In this document: positions 12,058 through 25,100 of the stretch, one piece after another
How positions within the stretch are numbered: the stretch's first letter is position 1
Layout of the letters: each line of letters begins with the position of its first letter
DNA from: Vicugna vicugna
Lineage: Eukaryota
Reading direction: 5' to 3'
Assembly: GCA_013265495.1 (NCBI GenBank)
Contig: MU058793.1
Coordinates: 587,970-651,969 of the forward strand
Length of the DNA: 64,000 bases
Program-made: the position numbers and the translations under genes
The notes under the pieces: generated by a model
The model's input: only the letters and a program-made list of their open reading frames with translations
Database searches by the model: none
Told to the model about the DNA's origin: nothing

Positions 12058-12171
12058 AAAAGCTTATGTAAACTGAAACACTTCATACAGTTTTACAGCT
12101 ACATGATGCTTATCCTGGACAAGCCCCTGGGAAAGTTATTTCTTACCATGATATTTAATGCTGACAAAGTA

Positions 12172-12537
12172 TATTTGTCAGCCTTCGCTAGGTACAGCCA
12201 CAGTAACAAATAATCCCCAATATTTCAGTGGCTTACAAAGGTTTATTTCTCACTCACTCCTACAGCAAAGCTGCTCCACGTGTCTTCCACAACCTGATAT
12301 CCAGGCCTCTAGCAGAAGGAAAGAGCACTATGAATGAACCACACAATGTCTTTGAAAGCTTCTGTCCAGAGTATCACACATCACATTCCATTGGCCAAAG
12401 CAAATCACATGACCAAGGAGGCAGGAAGTACACTCCTCCCATATGGAGGCACTGCAAGTTGGCAATGCATGAGGAAGGTGCAAACCTCTTACAGGGAGGG
12501 AGGGCATGAATGAGAACAATAACACAAGCTACTACAT
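12172..12537 (-). mobile_element. MaLR solo LTR (MLT1I/J-like)
   Basis: cagtaacaaataatcccc...cagtggctta...aggtttatttctc...cacattccattggccaaagcaaatcacatgacc...ctactaca. Confidence 0.8.
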
Positions 12538-12839
12538 AGAGGCGAGAGAGGAAGCTGGGGCCTATTGGCATGTCTTTAGGGGGGCATCTTGTTTTTGGTT
12601 CAGCTACCTCATGGTCCCAGAAGGTGAAAAAAATTAGACAAAATCTAGAAACAAAGCCAGCACCAAGGTAGAGGTGTTAGGATATTAATGAATACAGCTG
12701 GTCCCATTTTAAGAAAATTTAATGTATGAGAATTGCAAGTATATCAGGGTTTAAGTGTTCACAGAGGACAAGAAATCTCTGCCTAGCAAAAGATTTCCCA
12801 GCAAAGGTCCATTGAACAGAGTTGTATTTAATTCAATGG

Positions 12840-12921
12840 ATTCGACTGAATCACATGAAACTGTCATTTTTGAGGTTAAAAAAAGTTGCCTATTAGCAAT
12901 TTCATATGGGTTTACCTAATA
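12840..12921. mobile_element. MADE2-like mariner MITE (~80 bp)
   Basis: Degenerate inverted repeat ...cacatgaaactgtcatttttgaggttaaaaa...gcaatttcatatgggtttacctaata. Confidence 0.75.
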
Positions 12922-13419
12922 CAAAAATTCAATTTATGTGCATATTGTCATAAACTTTTATAAGTTGACAGAAAAGTTTCATCTTGGGTGCTAACCATGA
13001 CTAATCTGGAGTGTTAAGAAGGATTCTGAAGTGGTATCTACTTTCAGCAAGAAAGAACACCATGATCAACAGGGGCTTCTGCCATGGGATTGGGCACTTG
13101 TGGTATGTACTTGCCATCCTTGGTCTTAGATGGGGTACATCTCTCTTCTCAAGCCATCATCACACCAGCAGCAGTCCCTGATACTAGAATAGATGTCATC
13201 TACCTATCAAAACTCAAAGCATCTCTGCTAGAGTATAAACAGTGTCTTATTGATGGAAGCATCATGGGCTAACTCAAAATTCCCTCTCCTGGGTTAAAAA
13301 AAGCCCTCTATTTCTGGGAATGAGAGAAAACTCTAAAAACATTATCCTATGAGGTAGGCTAGGCTTGAGGCAGAAAGAGGCACCCTGGTGACAGCCGTCT
13401 CCATGGAGTTTCCCACTTC

Positions 13420-13740
13420 AGCCATCTTCTATAGCAAACAGGTTTGCTTCTGCAAATAGAACAGGGCCTTTGCACTAGCTATTCCCTCTGCCAGAATGCT
13501 CTTCCCTCAGATAGCCTTATCTCTTGCTCCCTTACTTTCTTCAGGACTTCGCTTAAATGTTGCCTTGCAGAGAGGCCTGCCCTGGTAGTGTCACATACAA
13601 TAGCTACCCCTGCCACTTGGGGTTCCCCATCACCCTGCTACACTTTCCTTCAGAGAACTTATGACCATCTGACATGACAAATAGGTGTATAATAGAAACT
13701 CAATGAATGACTCCTGAGTGAATGAAATAATGAATGAAAT
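13420..13740 (+). mobile_element. L2 3' fragment
   Basis: cagggcctttgcactagctattccctctgccagaatgctcttccctcagata...ctcaatgaatgact...gaatgaa. Confidence 0.8.
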
Positions 13741-13799
13741 CAGACCAGCTACATTGTGGCCCAGCAGAACAGGGACATCTTGAAGAAACAGCATTTCCC

Positions 13800-14260
13800 A
13801 TAAGATTTATTGCTGAAAATTGAAAAAAAGAAGTTAAAAGAATTCTGAATAGCAATTTCAAAAATATTGAATATAACACTGCATCTGTAAAATTAGACTA
13901 AATAGTCCTAAAGGAATAATTTAAAAGGAGGAACCATTTCAGAAGAGTGAACAACAGAATGAATACCAAAGAAAAATATCCAGCGAGTGAGGTGGAAGAC
14001 AAACTTGATTTATTGCATCCTCATCTCAAAAGAGAAAGAGCTTAAAAATGAAGAGAGGAGGGAAGGAAGGTGGGCAGGCATACTCTGGAGACCCCATTTA
14101 CAAGTAAAAGAAGTATCAACAAGGAAAGAAAAGGAGGAACAGAAGCAAAAATTCAAAGAAAATGACAGTAGAAAACTTGTCTGAACTAAAGGAAAGACCA
14201 AGTCTGAAAACTGAAAAGGTTTTCTGAACATCAGCAAATTAGTAAAAATGAGTCTTTTGA
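13800..14260 (+). mobile_element. Ancient L1/HAL1 ORF1 remnant
   Basis: A-rich; aaagaaaatgacagtagaaaacttgtctgaactaaagg resembles the degenerate ORF1 'EI..ENFPELK' motif. Confidence 0.5.
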
Positions 14261-14284
14261 AAAATTAGCTTAATTTGAGAAGTT

Positions 14285-14480
14285 ACTTGAGTGAGTGTGC
14301 CAATTACTGTGTTCAGTGTTTGCAAAGCACCATCTCATTTAATCTTCATGACCACAGGCGAGGTGATACTTGTGTTGTTCCCATTTCACAGATGAGGACG
14401 TGGAGGCCTGAGAGGTCCAGCAAATAGTCCAAGGTCACAGTGAGAGCAGGGAGTCAGGGGCCAAGGCTTTCTGGCTTCCA
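14285..14480 (-). mobile_element. MIR SINE
   Basis: catctcatttaatcttcat...cccatttcacagatgaggacgtggaggc...ccaaggtcacag. Confidence 0.82.
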
Positions 14481-14784
14481 GGCCTCACCTGGCCCCTTGG
14501 TAGTTGTGAAATGCTCAGTACACACGGATGGATAGCAGACCAAAGGCCCCAAGCACTTAGTGGTGCCTACAATGTTAGCAATGAGTTAACATATATCCCC
14601 TTTTCACAGAGAGATCTGAGGACTTTGCCTTGATTTTCCAGAGTTGGGGATGTCTTTCACTGAGACATCATTTCTCTTTCTCTCTCTCTCTCCCCTCCCT
14701 CCCTCCCTCCCTCTCCCCTCTTCTAAGCACATTGCCAGCACGGATAGGTAAAATCAGGTGGGCAGTATCTGTTTCTGGAGCGAA

Positions 14785-15020
14785 ACGCAGTGCAGTAGTT
14801 AAACTCAGCTTCCAAAGCCAGACAGCCTGGGGGTTTGAATCTTGATTCTGCCACTCACTAGCTGTGTGACTTTTGCAAGTTTATTAGCTTCTCTGTGCTT
14901 CAGTTTCTTCATCAGAAAAAAAATCATAATAATAGGTGCCTCACAGAGTTCATGTAAGGAATTAATAAATTGAGACACATAAAGTCCTAAGCACACAGGC
15001 ACGTAGGAAGCCCTCAACAG
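14785..15020 (+). mobile_element. MIR SINE
   Basis: gtttgaatcttgattctgccactcactagctgtgtgacttttgcaagtt...cagtttcttcatc. Confidence 0.85.
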
Positions 15021-17718
15021 AAGTGAGATTTCATCAGCTTTTTGGTCCTGATAGAGCTCTGACCTCAGTGTCATGCACCTTCCCCTCCACTTCCCAGACC
15101 CCTGCCACAAGGCACTGCTGCCAGGCAGATGCTGTTGCTCTGAAGAAGAGATTCTGCCTCCCATTTGTTTAACTGGTTTCTGGTCAGCCCCACTCGCCAC
15201 CCCTCTGTAGCGGGCTGTGGCAAACCCTCTGCAGTCTGGCTCTCTCTCCTTAGGCCTTGTGCATGGTCTCTCCCCCTTCACACCATTTAGTCAATGCCAT
15301 TAATCAAAATCCTATAGCAGAAAACGCATGCATAAGTCCGACACATTTATTGCTATGGCAACAATTCAAGCACTTGTCCCAGTGTCAAGCTATATCAGTG
15401 GAGATAAATTCTATTGTTTTCACAGTGACAGTTTTCTCTGTGTTGGACTTAATCCATGGAAAAATATAGCCTTTCTCCTTATTTAAGAGAGTGAGAGAGA
15501 GCTGGAAAGAAAGAGAAAGTGACCTCTAGGTTTCTCACCCTGTGCATTCAGAACTGAAACTGAATTTTTTCCTTTCTTCTAAATGAAGGAAGACATTCAG
15601 TGATTTGCAACAGCATCATACCGATCAATCGGTCAGTAGGATCCGAATAACCAAGATTTCCTCTTCGGAACCTGGACTTCCAGGAGGGCCCAAATGCATC
15701 AAGAAAATTTGCAAAACCCGGCTCTGCGACAGCCTTCCCTCTCTTAGCCTGCACCGGACCTGGCTCTTTGAATACCCTGGGTGAATTCAGCCTGATGCCT
15801 CAGCAAACAGTGTTGGTAAATAGAAACGGGCTTGCTCATAATGAACATTTTCCCCCGATGAATAGCATCTCTCACCCAGAGTAACAGCTCTTACGTGTCT
15901 TGGAGATGAGTTAAGGATCCTCTCTCCCATTGTCCTCAGCATCTTCCCCTAGAGCCTCCCAGCACGGTGGCGTTAACACCTGACTTCTGTATTATGCACA
16001 TTTGGGGGTGGCCTGAACTCACCACTCCCACACTTCAGAAAGAAGTCAATTTGCCTTTTGTAAGCCCCTAGATATCCTCTTCCATGCTGAGTCTCTTTGG
16101 CATCCATCAACCCCCACAGGTGAAACTCAGGCTGAGTCTAGAAGCCTTTCTGAGCATTGATGTGTGGCCAGCACACTGCTAGGAGCTGGGTGGAATGTAA
16201 GAGAAGAAACACTGCCCTCACTTTGCTGATCGTCTGGTGGGAAACACTAATATTCATCCACTCATTTATTCTCTGCTATCAACTATTAAAGTGCCTAATA
16301 TATGCCAGGGACTTTACACACAACAGCTACATATTAGTTTCCTCTTGCTGCTGTAACAAATTACACAGCAGCTTAAAGCAACACACTCTCTTACAGTTCC
16401 GGAGATCAGAACTCTCATCTTGCCTTCAGCTGCTTGAGGAGCTCATCCTGGAGCAAGAAGTCTTGACTCTTTCTAAACCTGGGGTTCAAAGTTGCGTTCC
16501 AGCTTCCAAAGAGGCCTCAGCAAATTTCCACCAAGGTCATTTGCCCTCGAGTTTAAAGTAGAATTTCCCTCAATCCCTGGAGGCAGTGGGGATAGAGACA
16601 GAGCCTTATTACGTTGCAAGTTAGACCTAATCCTTACATGTCACACAAAGCTGAAGCATCCTTTACTTTTCTTGTCCTCTATTCCCTTCTCACCCTTTCT
16701 CCTGAATTCCCTCTTTTTCTTTCTTTTCCTTTCCTTTCTCTTCTTTTCTCCCTTGGCTAATTTTTCAAAAATGGAGGTTAGGAGTGGAGGCATGGGATGG
16801 GTGTCCTGTGTCCTTAGGACTCTCCTGGGAACCTCCTCCTAATGAATGAGGCCTCTGGTCCTAGCTGGGCATCCCTCCTGTCCTGAAGATCACATCAACT
16901 CCTGTGCTGAGTCCTGGCTGGACCTCAGGGCTGGCGAGTTTCAGTCCTGAGAGCACAGGAGCAGAAAACAAGAGTGCACAGCCCTCCTTACCACAGTCCT
17001 CTCCCGGTTCTGGCACGGGAAGAATTGCTTGAGGGTAAAGGCCCTGTCCTCCTGGGTCCTCTGTCCCAGAAATGAACACCAAATTGCAAAGAAGAATGCT
17101 GTATCGAGTTCCCAGTGTGGGTGCCAGGAGAAGAGGGTGATGGGTTCCAGGGAGGGGACCTGGTGTCTCTCCAATGGCATTTCCTAAACCTTGAGAAGTC
17201 TCTCTCCATGAATTATGGAAGAAGGGTGACATTTAAACATTGTGTGTTCAGTACGGTGAGTGAGCCTGAAAGAAGCCTCAGAGAACAGAAGAGAAGAAAA
17301 CCTGTGATAGAAGCCTGGAAAGGCAAAGGGAGGGAAGAGAAAGAAACTTAAGAGATGGAGGGCAGGGAGGGTGGGCTACAGCAACTAAGCTAGGATAAGA
17401 AAAGGGAAGGAGTCGGTGGAAGTGGCAGAATTTCTAGATAGGAGGGGACTAGAAGAAGCAACCTGGCAGGAAGGAGATTATGAAGGTGCTCTTCTGGAAG
17501 TATTTATAGAAGACTAAGATGCCATCAAGTACCATTTCAAAGAGTGGGGCCAATGGAGACTATGGGAGTATAATGGCCTCCTCTGGTGCCAACACTGGAT
17601 GTATTAAACTGCAAAGAGGATGATGAGTGGGATGCAGAAGCTCTTGCAGTCTGAGCCAAGAGATGATCAGGCTGGGGCCACACCAGCAACCAGACCAGGT
17701 TTAAAGAAATCATGGTAG

Positions 17719-18087
17719 ATATGTCATTAATTAATTAATTAACTTCTCTTTAAAGGACAAACAAACAAAAAGACACAAATGAACTTATTTACAAAACAGA
17801 AACAGGCTCACAGACATAGAAAACAAACTTGCGGTTACCAGTGGGCAAAGGGGGTGGGAAGGGATAAGTTAGGAATTCGAGATTTGCAGATACTAACTAC
17901 TAGATATAAAATAGATAAGCAACAAGTTTCTTCTGTAGAAGGGAACTCTATTCAATATCTTGTGGTAACCTGTAACTAAAAAGAATATGAAAACGAATAG
18001 ATGCCTGTTCATGTATGACTGAAGCATGATGCTGTACGCCAGAAACTGATACAACATTGTAATCTGACTAGACTTCAACAACAACAG
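17719..18087 (+). mobile_element. 5'-truncated L1 3' UTR, same family as 1366-1845
   Basis: Collinear with 1500-1820; TSD agaaatcatggtag (17705-17718) / agaaatcatggtgg (18088-18101); tail decayed to (caa)n. Confidence 0.9.
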
Positions 18088-18954
18088 AGAAATCATGGTG
18101 GTTGGGGGGATGAAAGGATGGGTCTCAAGGGTCAATCTGGGGGTGGGTGGTTCTTCGTTCTTTGGCATTCATGTTAGTTATTTCAGTGCCTTTAGTTACA
18201 GACAGCAAGGAGTAGGAATTTTATTGCTGCCCTGGGTAAAACAGTTGCCAAAATCTGCTTGAAGACTGGGAGACCTACATACCCTGGGGAAGAAGGGGGC
18301 TACAGAGCACAGGAGGATCTCAGGGAAAGGTCAGCAAGGAACAAAGAGAATATTGAAACTGAGGTGGAGACAGGATTTTGTTGCCCCCACGGTACCAAGC
18401 AAAAGCCTTTGCTATAAGGCAGTTTCCCAAATTTTAGCTGATTATGTTCCACCTTCGTGGTTTGGACCAAATCCCTGTGCTATGTCCAACATGAGTGCTT
18501 CTCCACTGTCTCTGATCACTCCCCCATTTCATTTGCTTTTTTGTTTTTAATTGATTTTTTTTGCTCCTTTTATTTAAAAGGGAAATATACACCACTAGTG
18601 TAACTGGAAAATGAATATCACTACCATAAAGAGAAAATAAACACAGAATGAATACAGTGAATATGAAAAAAATGTGATTAAACGATTAGCACTCAGGATT
18701 TCTGCTAAAGATTTTGTGCCTTCAATCTGGTCTCTGTTGAGAGGGAACGTATTGAATTGTGGAGAGTTATTTAAGACAAAGTCACTCCAAATAAAAATTT
18801 TATCCATGGGGTAATTAAAAGGATCAAAAGCAAATACAGAAGCAACTTTCCCACCATAGTCTCAACCTTGTATCTGTGTGGGGCACCTAAAGTAATCTCC
18901 CAAATGCAAGTTGTGAGTCTAGAACTGGGGGAAATGCTGGCGAAAGATATCATC

Positions 18955-19400
18955 TTAGCACAGTTCCTTAGAGAACAGCCAGAGGCAAAGTTTGCCTGCT
19001 ACGGCTTTATTAGAATGTACAACACCAGGGCATCCAGGGTGAGGGAAAAAGACTTGAGGCAGCGATGAAGGCAAAGTAAATACAACTTGGAGCACCACCG
19101 AGCTGGCCACAGCCTTGCAAGAAACAGCTGCTACAACTGCTTGGTCACGTCAGACATCCCTGCAAAAACTGCAGAAGCAATTCCACTCAGAACCGTCTTT
19201 TGAAAGAAGGAAGGGAGAGGAATTTATCTGCAGATCTGTTGCTTTTTTTTCCCCTCTCATTGGATGGAGTTTGCTTCACAAAGCATTTACTCAGCACTTC
19301 TTGCTTGGGCTGCATCTTTGGCTCTGTGAGTCCGATCTGGTCAGACCTGGGCACTGGAGCTACTAGAGTGACGTGATGGAGGCCATGCTGAAAAGCAGCT
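18955..19400 (-). mobile_element. ERVL LTR16-like solo LTR (diverged)
   Basis: gttccttagagaacagccagaggcaaagtttgcctgctacggctttattaga resembles reverse of LTR16 3' end. Confidence 0.45.
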
Positions 19401-19494
19401 TCATTCCTAGCGGAGGATGAGGTGACCAATAGTGTTAAGAGATAAGGGATGGTGGTGGTGGCTGAGACATCTCCATCTTTCCTCTTTTCTACAG

Positions 19495-19506
19495 TGACAG
19501 GCTGAG
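19495..19506 (+). other. Candidate 12-nt microexon (host gene unknown)
   Basis: ctccatctttcctcttttctacag|TGACAGGCTGAG|gtaagc: strong acceptor and donor. Confidence 0.45.
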
Positions 19507-19588
19507 GTAAGCGATGCGGGAGACCCCGTCACAGGCTGAAGTTCTGCAGATCTGAGCAGATGCTTCCTGTCTGTCCCCTCTTTTGCAG

Positions 19589-19606
19589 AGTGAGAAATCA
19601 TAACAG
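19589..19606 (+). other. Candidate 18-nt microexon (host gene unknown)
   Basis: tgcttcctgtctgtcccctcttttgcag|AGTGAGAAATCATAACAG|gtaatg; 82 nt downstream of the first candidate. Confidence 0.45.
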
Positions 19607-19899
19607 GTAATGTTGGAGATCCCATCCGATGATGGGGTTCTTGGATCAGATGGGCAGGTAGGGCCAAGCAAACCTAATGAGGCACACTAATGTCAATGAT
19701 GGTCTACCTGATATTACTGAGTTAATAGGAAAACTCACGGCAAGGGGAAATGAGGAGAGATGTAATTAGGTCTATGTGGAAAATTATGATTTGGAAGGAC
19801 AATATACTTGCTTTTTCATAGTTTATAACTGGCAAGGGCTACCAAAATCATCTCCTTCAACCCCTTTATTTTATGGAAGAAGGGAAGATGTTAGACCAA

Positions 19900-20595
19900 G
19901 AAGTCCTGACCCTTACTTCCCCCTACAAATGCACCAAGTCAACAGCAATTAACATAGATGGTCCCAGCACACGAGTCACCACCCCTTCTCCCTTAAGTCA
20001 GCATGGTTCTGCAAATAGGTGAGTACCTCCAGATCCCAGCTTCTCCTTGGGGAGGGAAAGAGTTGAAAAGAGAATCTAATGATCCAACATTTCTGGGGGC
20101 TGCCTGAGGAACTGGCTACAGTCTCACTTGTCTCAGAGAGCTGACAGGACCTAGTATTCTCCAAATGTGTGGGGGCAGCTAAGAACAAAGAAGCAGATTA
20201 GAGTTGCACAAAGGATAGAAGACCCCAGAATCTCTGGGTCTCCCCCCGTATGAGGCCGGTCCATGAAGACTGGGTCAGGGCAGCAGCTTTGTCTAATGCA
20301 CAGAAACCAACTCAGAGACTCAAGGAAAGTGAAGAGACAGTGAAATATGTTCCAAACAAAGGAACAAGATAAATCCCCAGAAATTCCTCTCATGAAATGG
20401 AGTTATATGATTTATCTGAAAGAGAATTTAAAATAACCATCAGAAAGATGCTCACCAGAAACAGTCCCTGAGCAAAATGAGAATTACAGCAAAGAAATAG
20501 CAAGTATCAGACAGTACCAGACTGAAATTAGGGAGCTGAAGAACACAACAACTAACCTAAAAAATTCACTAGAGAAGTTCAAGAGCAGAAATGAA
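19900..20595 (+). mobile_element. Old L1 (L1M) 5' UTR and ORF1 N-terminal remnant
   Basis: aatatgttccaaacaaaggaacaagataaatccccaga...gatttatctgaaagagaatttaaaataaccatc...gagctgaagaacacaacaactaacctaaaaaattcactagag = degenerate ORF1. Confidence 0.8.
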
Positions 20596-20997
20596 GATGA
20601 GTGCCCAGTCACAAAAGAAGCTCGGACTTGAACCCAACCCTTCTGACCTTAAACCCAGTGTACAACCCACTCTGGTACACTGTAGACATGGGATGAATGA
20701 CCTTCTCCACCTCACTGTGAAATGACACAGCATTGATCAGAATTACATCTTTAGCTTATTACTTTGCTTAATAGTGTATTTAATGTGAATGTAATGCTAA
20801 ATATAGATGATACAGAAGCAAGAAATTCAGGTAGTAAATCTGTGCTTACTGTTCCCAGCCTACCATTCTAACCAGTATACTGCATTGGTTTAAATTATAT
20901 GTATGAATATTATATTATATTATATTACTATTTTATACACATGCACTTTTTAAATTATCAAAATGTTCCTGTCCATAAGCCAGTCACTTTCACTTAC

Positions 20998-21226
20998 CTC
21001 AAAGACGTTGGAAAACTCTTTAGGCAACTTGGTATTATGCTGCATCTTTTCACTGGCAGGTTTACATTCTTTTTCATTTTTCCCCCATTTCTTTAACTGA
21101 CATTTTGAAATGTGCATTTATTTTTCTTTTCATGAAATGCTCTTTTGTGGAAATGAGACTGTGTTTGCATAACAACTAAGATCTTTGTTTTAAAACGCTC
21201 CGGGTTGTTGTAAGAAACTTTCATCT
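20998..21226 (-). other. Candidate non-coding exon (229 nt)
   Basis: Minus strand: gtttattttttcccag|AGATG...TTTGAG|gtaagt; stops in all three frames. Confidence 0.25.
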
Positions 21227-22139
21227 CTGGGAAAAAATAAACTTGTGAAACAAGCCCCACTAGACAATCGAACTGGGGAGTTGGGTTAAATGGGGGAGGT
21301 GGGGTTAAGTGGAGAGGAAAACGATGGACAGTTTGTTTTACTTTGAGATATGGCCAGTACACAGTAATCTTTTCCATTAGAGTAGGGAATAGGGCTTAGT
21401 TTTGGTTCCAATGTTAGTATGGAACTTCCTGTTTTGCTCAAGGAAACAACAATTTTCAAGATGTGAAAATACTATGGATGCAGGATTGTGTAGTAAAAGG
21501 GGCATTTTCCAAGGAGTCAAAAAAAGGTAAATGAAAGCTCTTGTTTTTCTTAATTCTCAAATTTCCCAGTGCAAAATTGAGATAACAACACCTTTCCAGT
21601 CTTACTGGAAACTTTTAGATCAGAAACCAGTTATGGGGGGGGAAGGTATAGTGGTAAAACTACAATACGTCTCATTTCTGCAATCACTTGTGCTCAAATT
21701 AGAGAAATCCAACACCTGCTCCAACTCAATAATGGACCTTTATCTACTGGAGGAGTCTGTCCTTCCATCCCTCATTTCATCTGCTATGGCATAGCCTTCT
21801 CTCTTCCTTCAAGGGTTTATGTTTTCCTCGATGGTGCAGAACACTGCTGAGAAGCAATTATCCTGGCAGGATTTATATTTTCCGACCTCCTTAGAAATTC
21901 AGTGGGACTATATGACTGACTTCAAGCCAATGGACTCAGAGCAGAAATGATGTCCACCACTCCCAGATTTGGCCCTTTAAAAAGGAGTAGGGGCAATCTT
22001 CCATACTATTTTTCCCTGAAATAGAACATCTACAGAGTGAGTTTGAGAGCCATGTATTATAGATGCAGAGCTACAAGAGGGACAGAACATAGATCCCTGA
22101 ATCACTCCTTTAAAGTGAGCCTCCCAATTAGGAACAACC

Positions 22140-25100
22140 ACTGGATATCAGCCAGATGGCCAAATAGGATATTCTAGCCTTCATACCCCAACAGAAATCA
22201 TGATTTTTACAATTATCTGTGGAGAAAGATACCTTTATTAGAGTCTGGGAGTATAGCTAAGAGGTTCCAACACCTCAGTGGAGCAAAAAATACAAGAATA
22301 GATGCATTGCTGAGGTTACCCTTGTCACACCCACCCCCCTCTGCCCCCCACAAGGAGGCACATCTCAGGGCCCAAAAGACCCTCCTGGCCCACAATTTCT
22401 CCACCAGGGAAAGAAAGTGAGAGTGAGTTGAGCAACTGGCTTCCCCACCATTGCAGAACATTTTTCTCTTGCCCTATCCAGAACATTAAGGGGATTGGCA
22501 TGGCTCAATAGTCTTGGGACAAGTAGGAGCAGAGAAAAGAGGTGAGGGTTCACAGTGACCAGCAGGTGGATCTCAACAACTGACCACAGGCCCTACTAAC
22601 CAGCTAGAGAACTCCCACAGCCAGCTAATGCATGCTCCCAGCAGTCTCCACCCCACCCACCCTGTGGCCAGTGCCCCATGCTCCCCTGAAGAATGCATGT
22701 ATGCAAACTACTCTAGATGACATATAGGTATCAGCAGCCAGTTTGTCTCCAGTGGATTGGGAGATGGTGTATAACCTTGAAGACTTCAGGAAACTACCCT
22801 AGGGAAAATAAACGAGATGCTTTCAGCACTGGGCCTGGATGTGAAGGATTGAGAGAATGCACACAATCCTAAGACTCTCCTCCCTCCTCAAGAAAAAACA
22901 AGTTGAGTGGAGTAGGCATACCCATAAAAAGCCCGAGGAACCCCAAGAATCTCCAGCTGGCTGATGGGTAAAGGTCTTTCTGTCCTGAAGACAGTGAAGA
23001 TTTAGAAAAGGTGACTGTTTCTTCAAATGTAAAGACAGCAGTGCCAGACTTCAAGGAGGTAGAGAATCAAGGAAATATGACACCACAAAAACAAAACAAA
23101 ACAAAACAAAAATGAAGCTCCAGTGGCTAGCCCCAAAGAGGAGATCTATAAATTACCTGACAAAGAATTCAAAACAACAAAAGCTGAAGAGTTCATTGTC
23201 ACTAGACCTGTCTTACAAGAAATACTAAAGGGAGTTCTTTGAGTACAGTTAAAAGGAAACTAATTAACATCATATAAGCAAAAAGAGGTAGGATAAAAGT
23301 CATTGGTAATGGTAAATACATAGTCAAAGTTAGAGTCTGTAATTTGGTAATGATGCTGTAAAAATTACTTACAACTTGAGTTTAAAAGTTTAAAATTGAA
23401 CATAGTAAAATAGCTGTAACTACAATAATCTGCTATTAGTTACACAATATAAAAATATGTAAATTATAATAGCAATAACCTAAAAATGTAAAGGGGAGGA
23501 GAAATAAAAGTGTAGTTTCAAAATCCTATTGAAATTAAGTTGCTATCCACTTAAAATAGGTTATAATTTTAAGATATTTTAGTAAGTCTCATGGTAACCA
23601 TAAGGGAAAAAACCTGTAGCAATTAAGCAGAAGAACAGGATAAAGAAGTCAAAGCATACTGATACCAAAAGACATCAACACACCACACAAAAGACAACAG
23701 GATAAAAAATAAGGAACAGTGGATCTACAAAACAGCCAGAAAATAATTAACAAAATGGCAATAATGACAATGATGAGTCTTTATCTATCAATAGTTTCTT
23801 CAAATGTAAATAGATTATGGATTAATTTCTCCAATCAACAGCCATAGAATGGCTAAAAAAAATCCAATGACACGTTGCCTTAAAGATACACATAGATTGA
23901 GAGTAAAGGGATGGAGAAGTTATTTCAAACAAATGGCAACCAAAAAAGCAGAGATAGCTAGACTTATATCAGACAATATAGCTGGAGATTCTAATACCCC
24001 ACTCTCAACAATGAATAGATCATCCAGACAGAGAATCAATGAGGAAATAGTGGATTTGAACATTACTATAGACCAAGCGGACTAACAGACATATACAGGG
24101 CACCCTATCCAACAACAGCAGAATACTCATTCTTCTCAAGTGCACATGGAACATCTTCTAAGATAGACTGTATGTTAGGCCACAAAACAAGTTTTTAGCA
24201 AATTCAAGGAGACTGAAATCACACCAGGTATCTTCTCTGACCACAATGGAATGAAACTAGAAATCAATAGCAAGAGGAAAACTGAAACATGTATGAACCC
24301 ATGGGAATTAAACAACACTCTCCTGAATTGCCAATGGATCAAAGAAGAGATTAAAGAGGAAATTTTAAATTTTCTTGAGACAAATGGAAATGGAAACACA
24401 ACATACCAGGACTTACAGAATGTAGCAAAAGCAAGAGGGAAATTCATAGCAACAAATGCCTACATCAAGAAGCAAGAAAGATCCCAAATATACAACCAAA
24501 CTCTATGCCTTAAGGAACTAGAAAAAGCAGAACAAACCAAGCCCAAATTTGGCAGAAGAAAGGAAATAATAAAAATTAGAGCAGAAATAAATGAAATACG
24601 GAACAGAAAAACAATAGAAAAGATGAATAGAACTAAGAGTTAGTTCTTCAAAAAGATTTTCTAAAATTGACAAACCATTAGTAAGACTAACCAAGATGGA
24701 AAAAAAAAAAGAGAGGACTCAGATTAACAAAATTATAAATGTAAAAAGGAGACTTTACAACCACTGCCACAGAAATACAGAGGATCATGAGGCCATTATG
24801 AACAACTATGCACCAACAAACTGAACAACCTAGAATAAATGGAAAAATTCTTAGAAACATATAGGTTACCAAGACTGAATCAGGAGGAAATAGAAAATCT
24901 GAACAGACCAATTACTAGTAAGGAGGCTGAGTCAGTATCAAATATCTCCCAATGATGAAAAGTCCAGGACCAGACGGCTTCACTGGTCAATTTTACCAAA
25001 TATTTAAAGAAGAATTAACATGGATCCTTCTCAAATTCTTCCAAAAATCTGAAAAAAAGGGAACACGCTGAAGCTCATTTTACAAGGCTAGCATTATCCT

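Noticed and set aside
15533..15600. Possible 40-nt minus-strand exon (15539-15578), and a 15-nt one near 43111-43125
   Set aside because: Moderate or weak splice signals of a kind expected by chance in 64 kb
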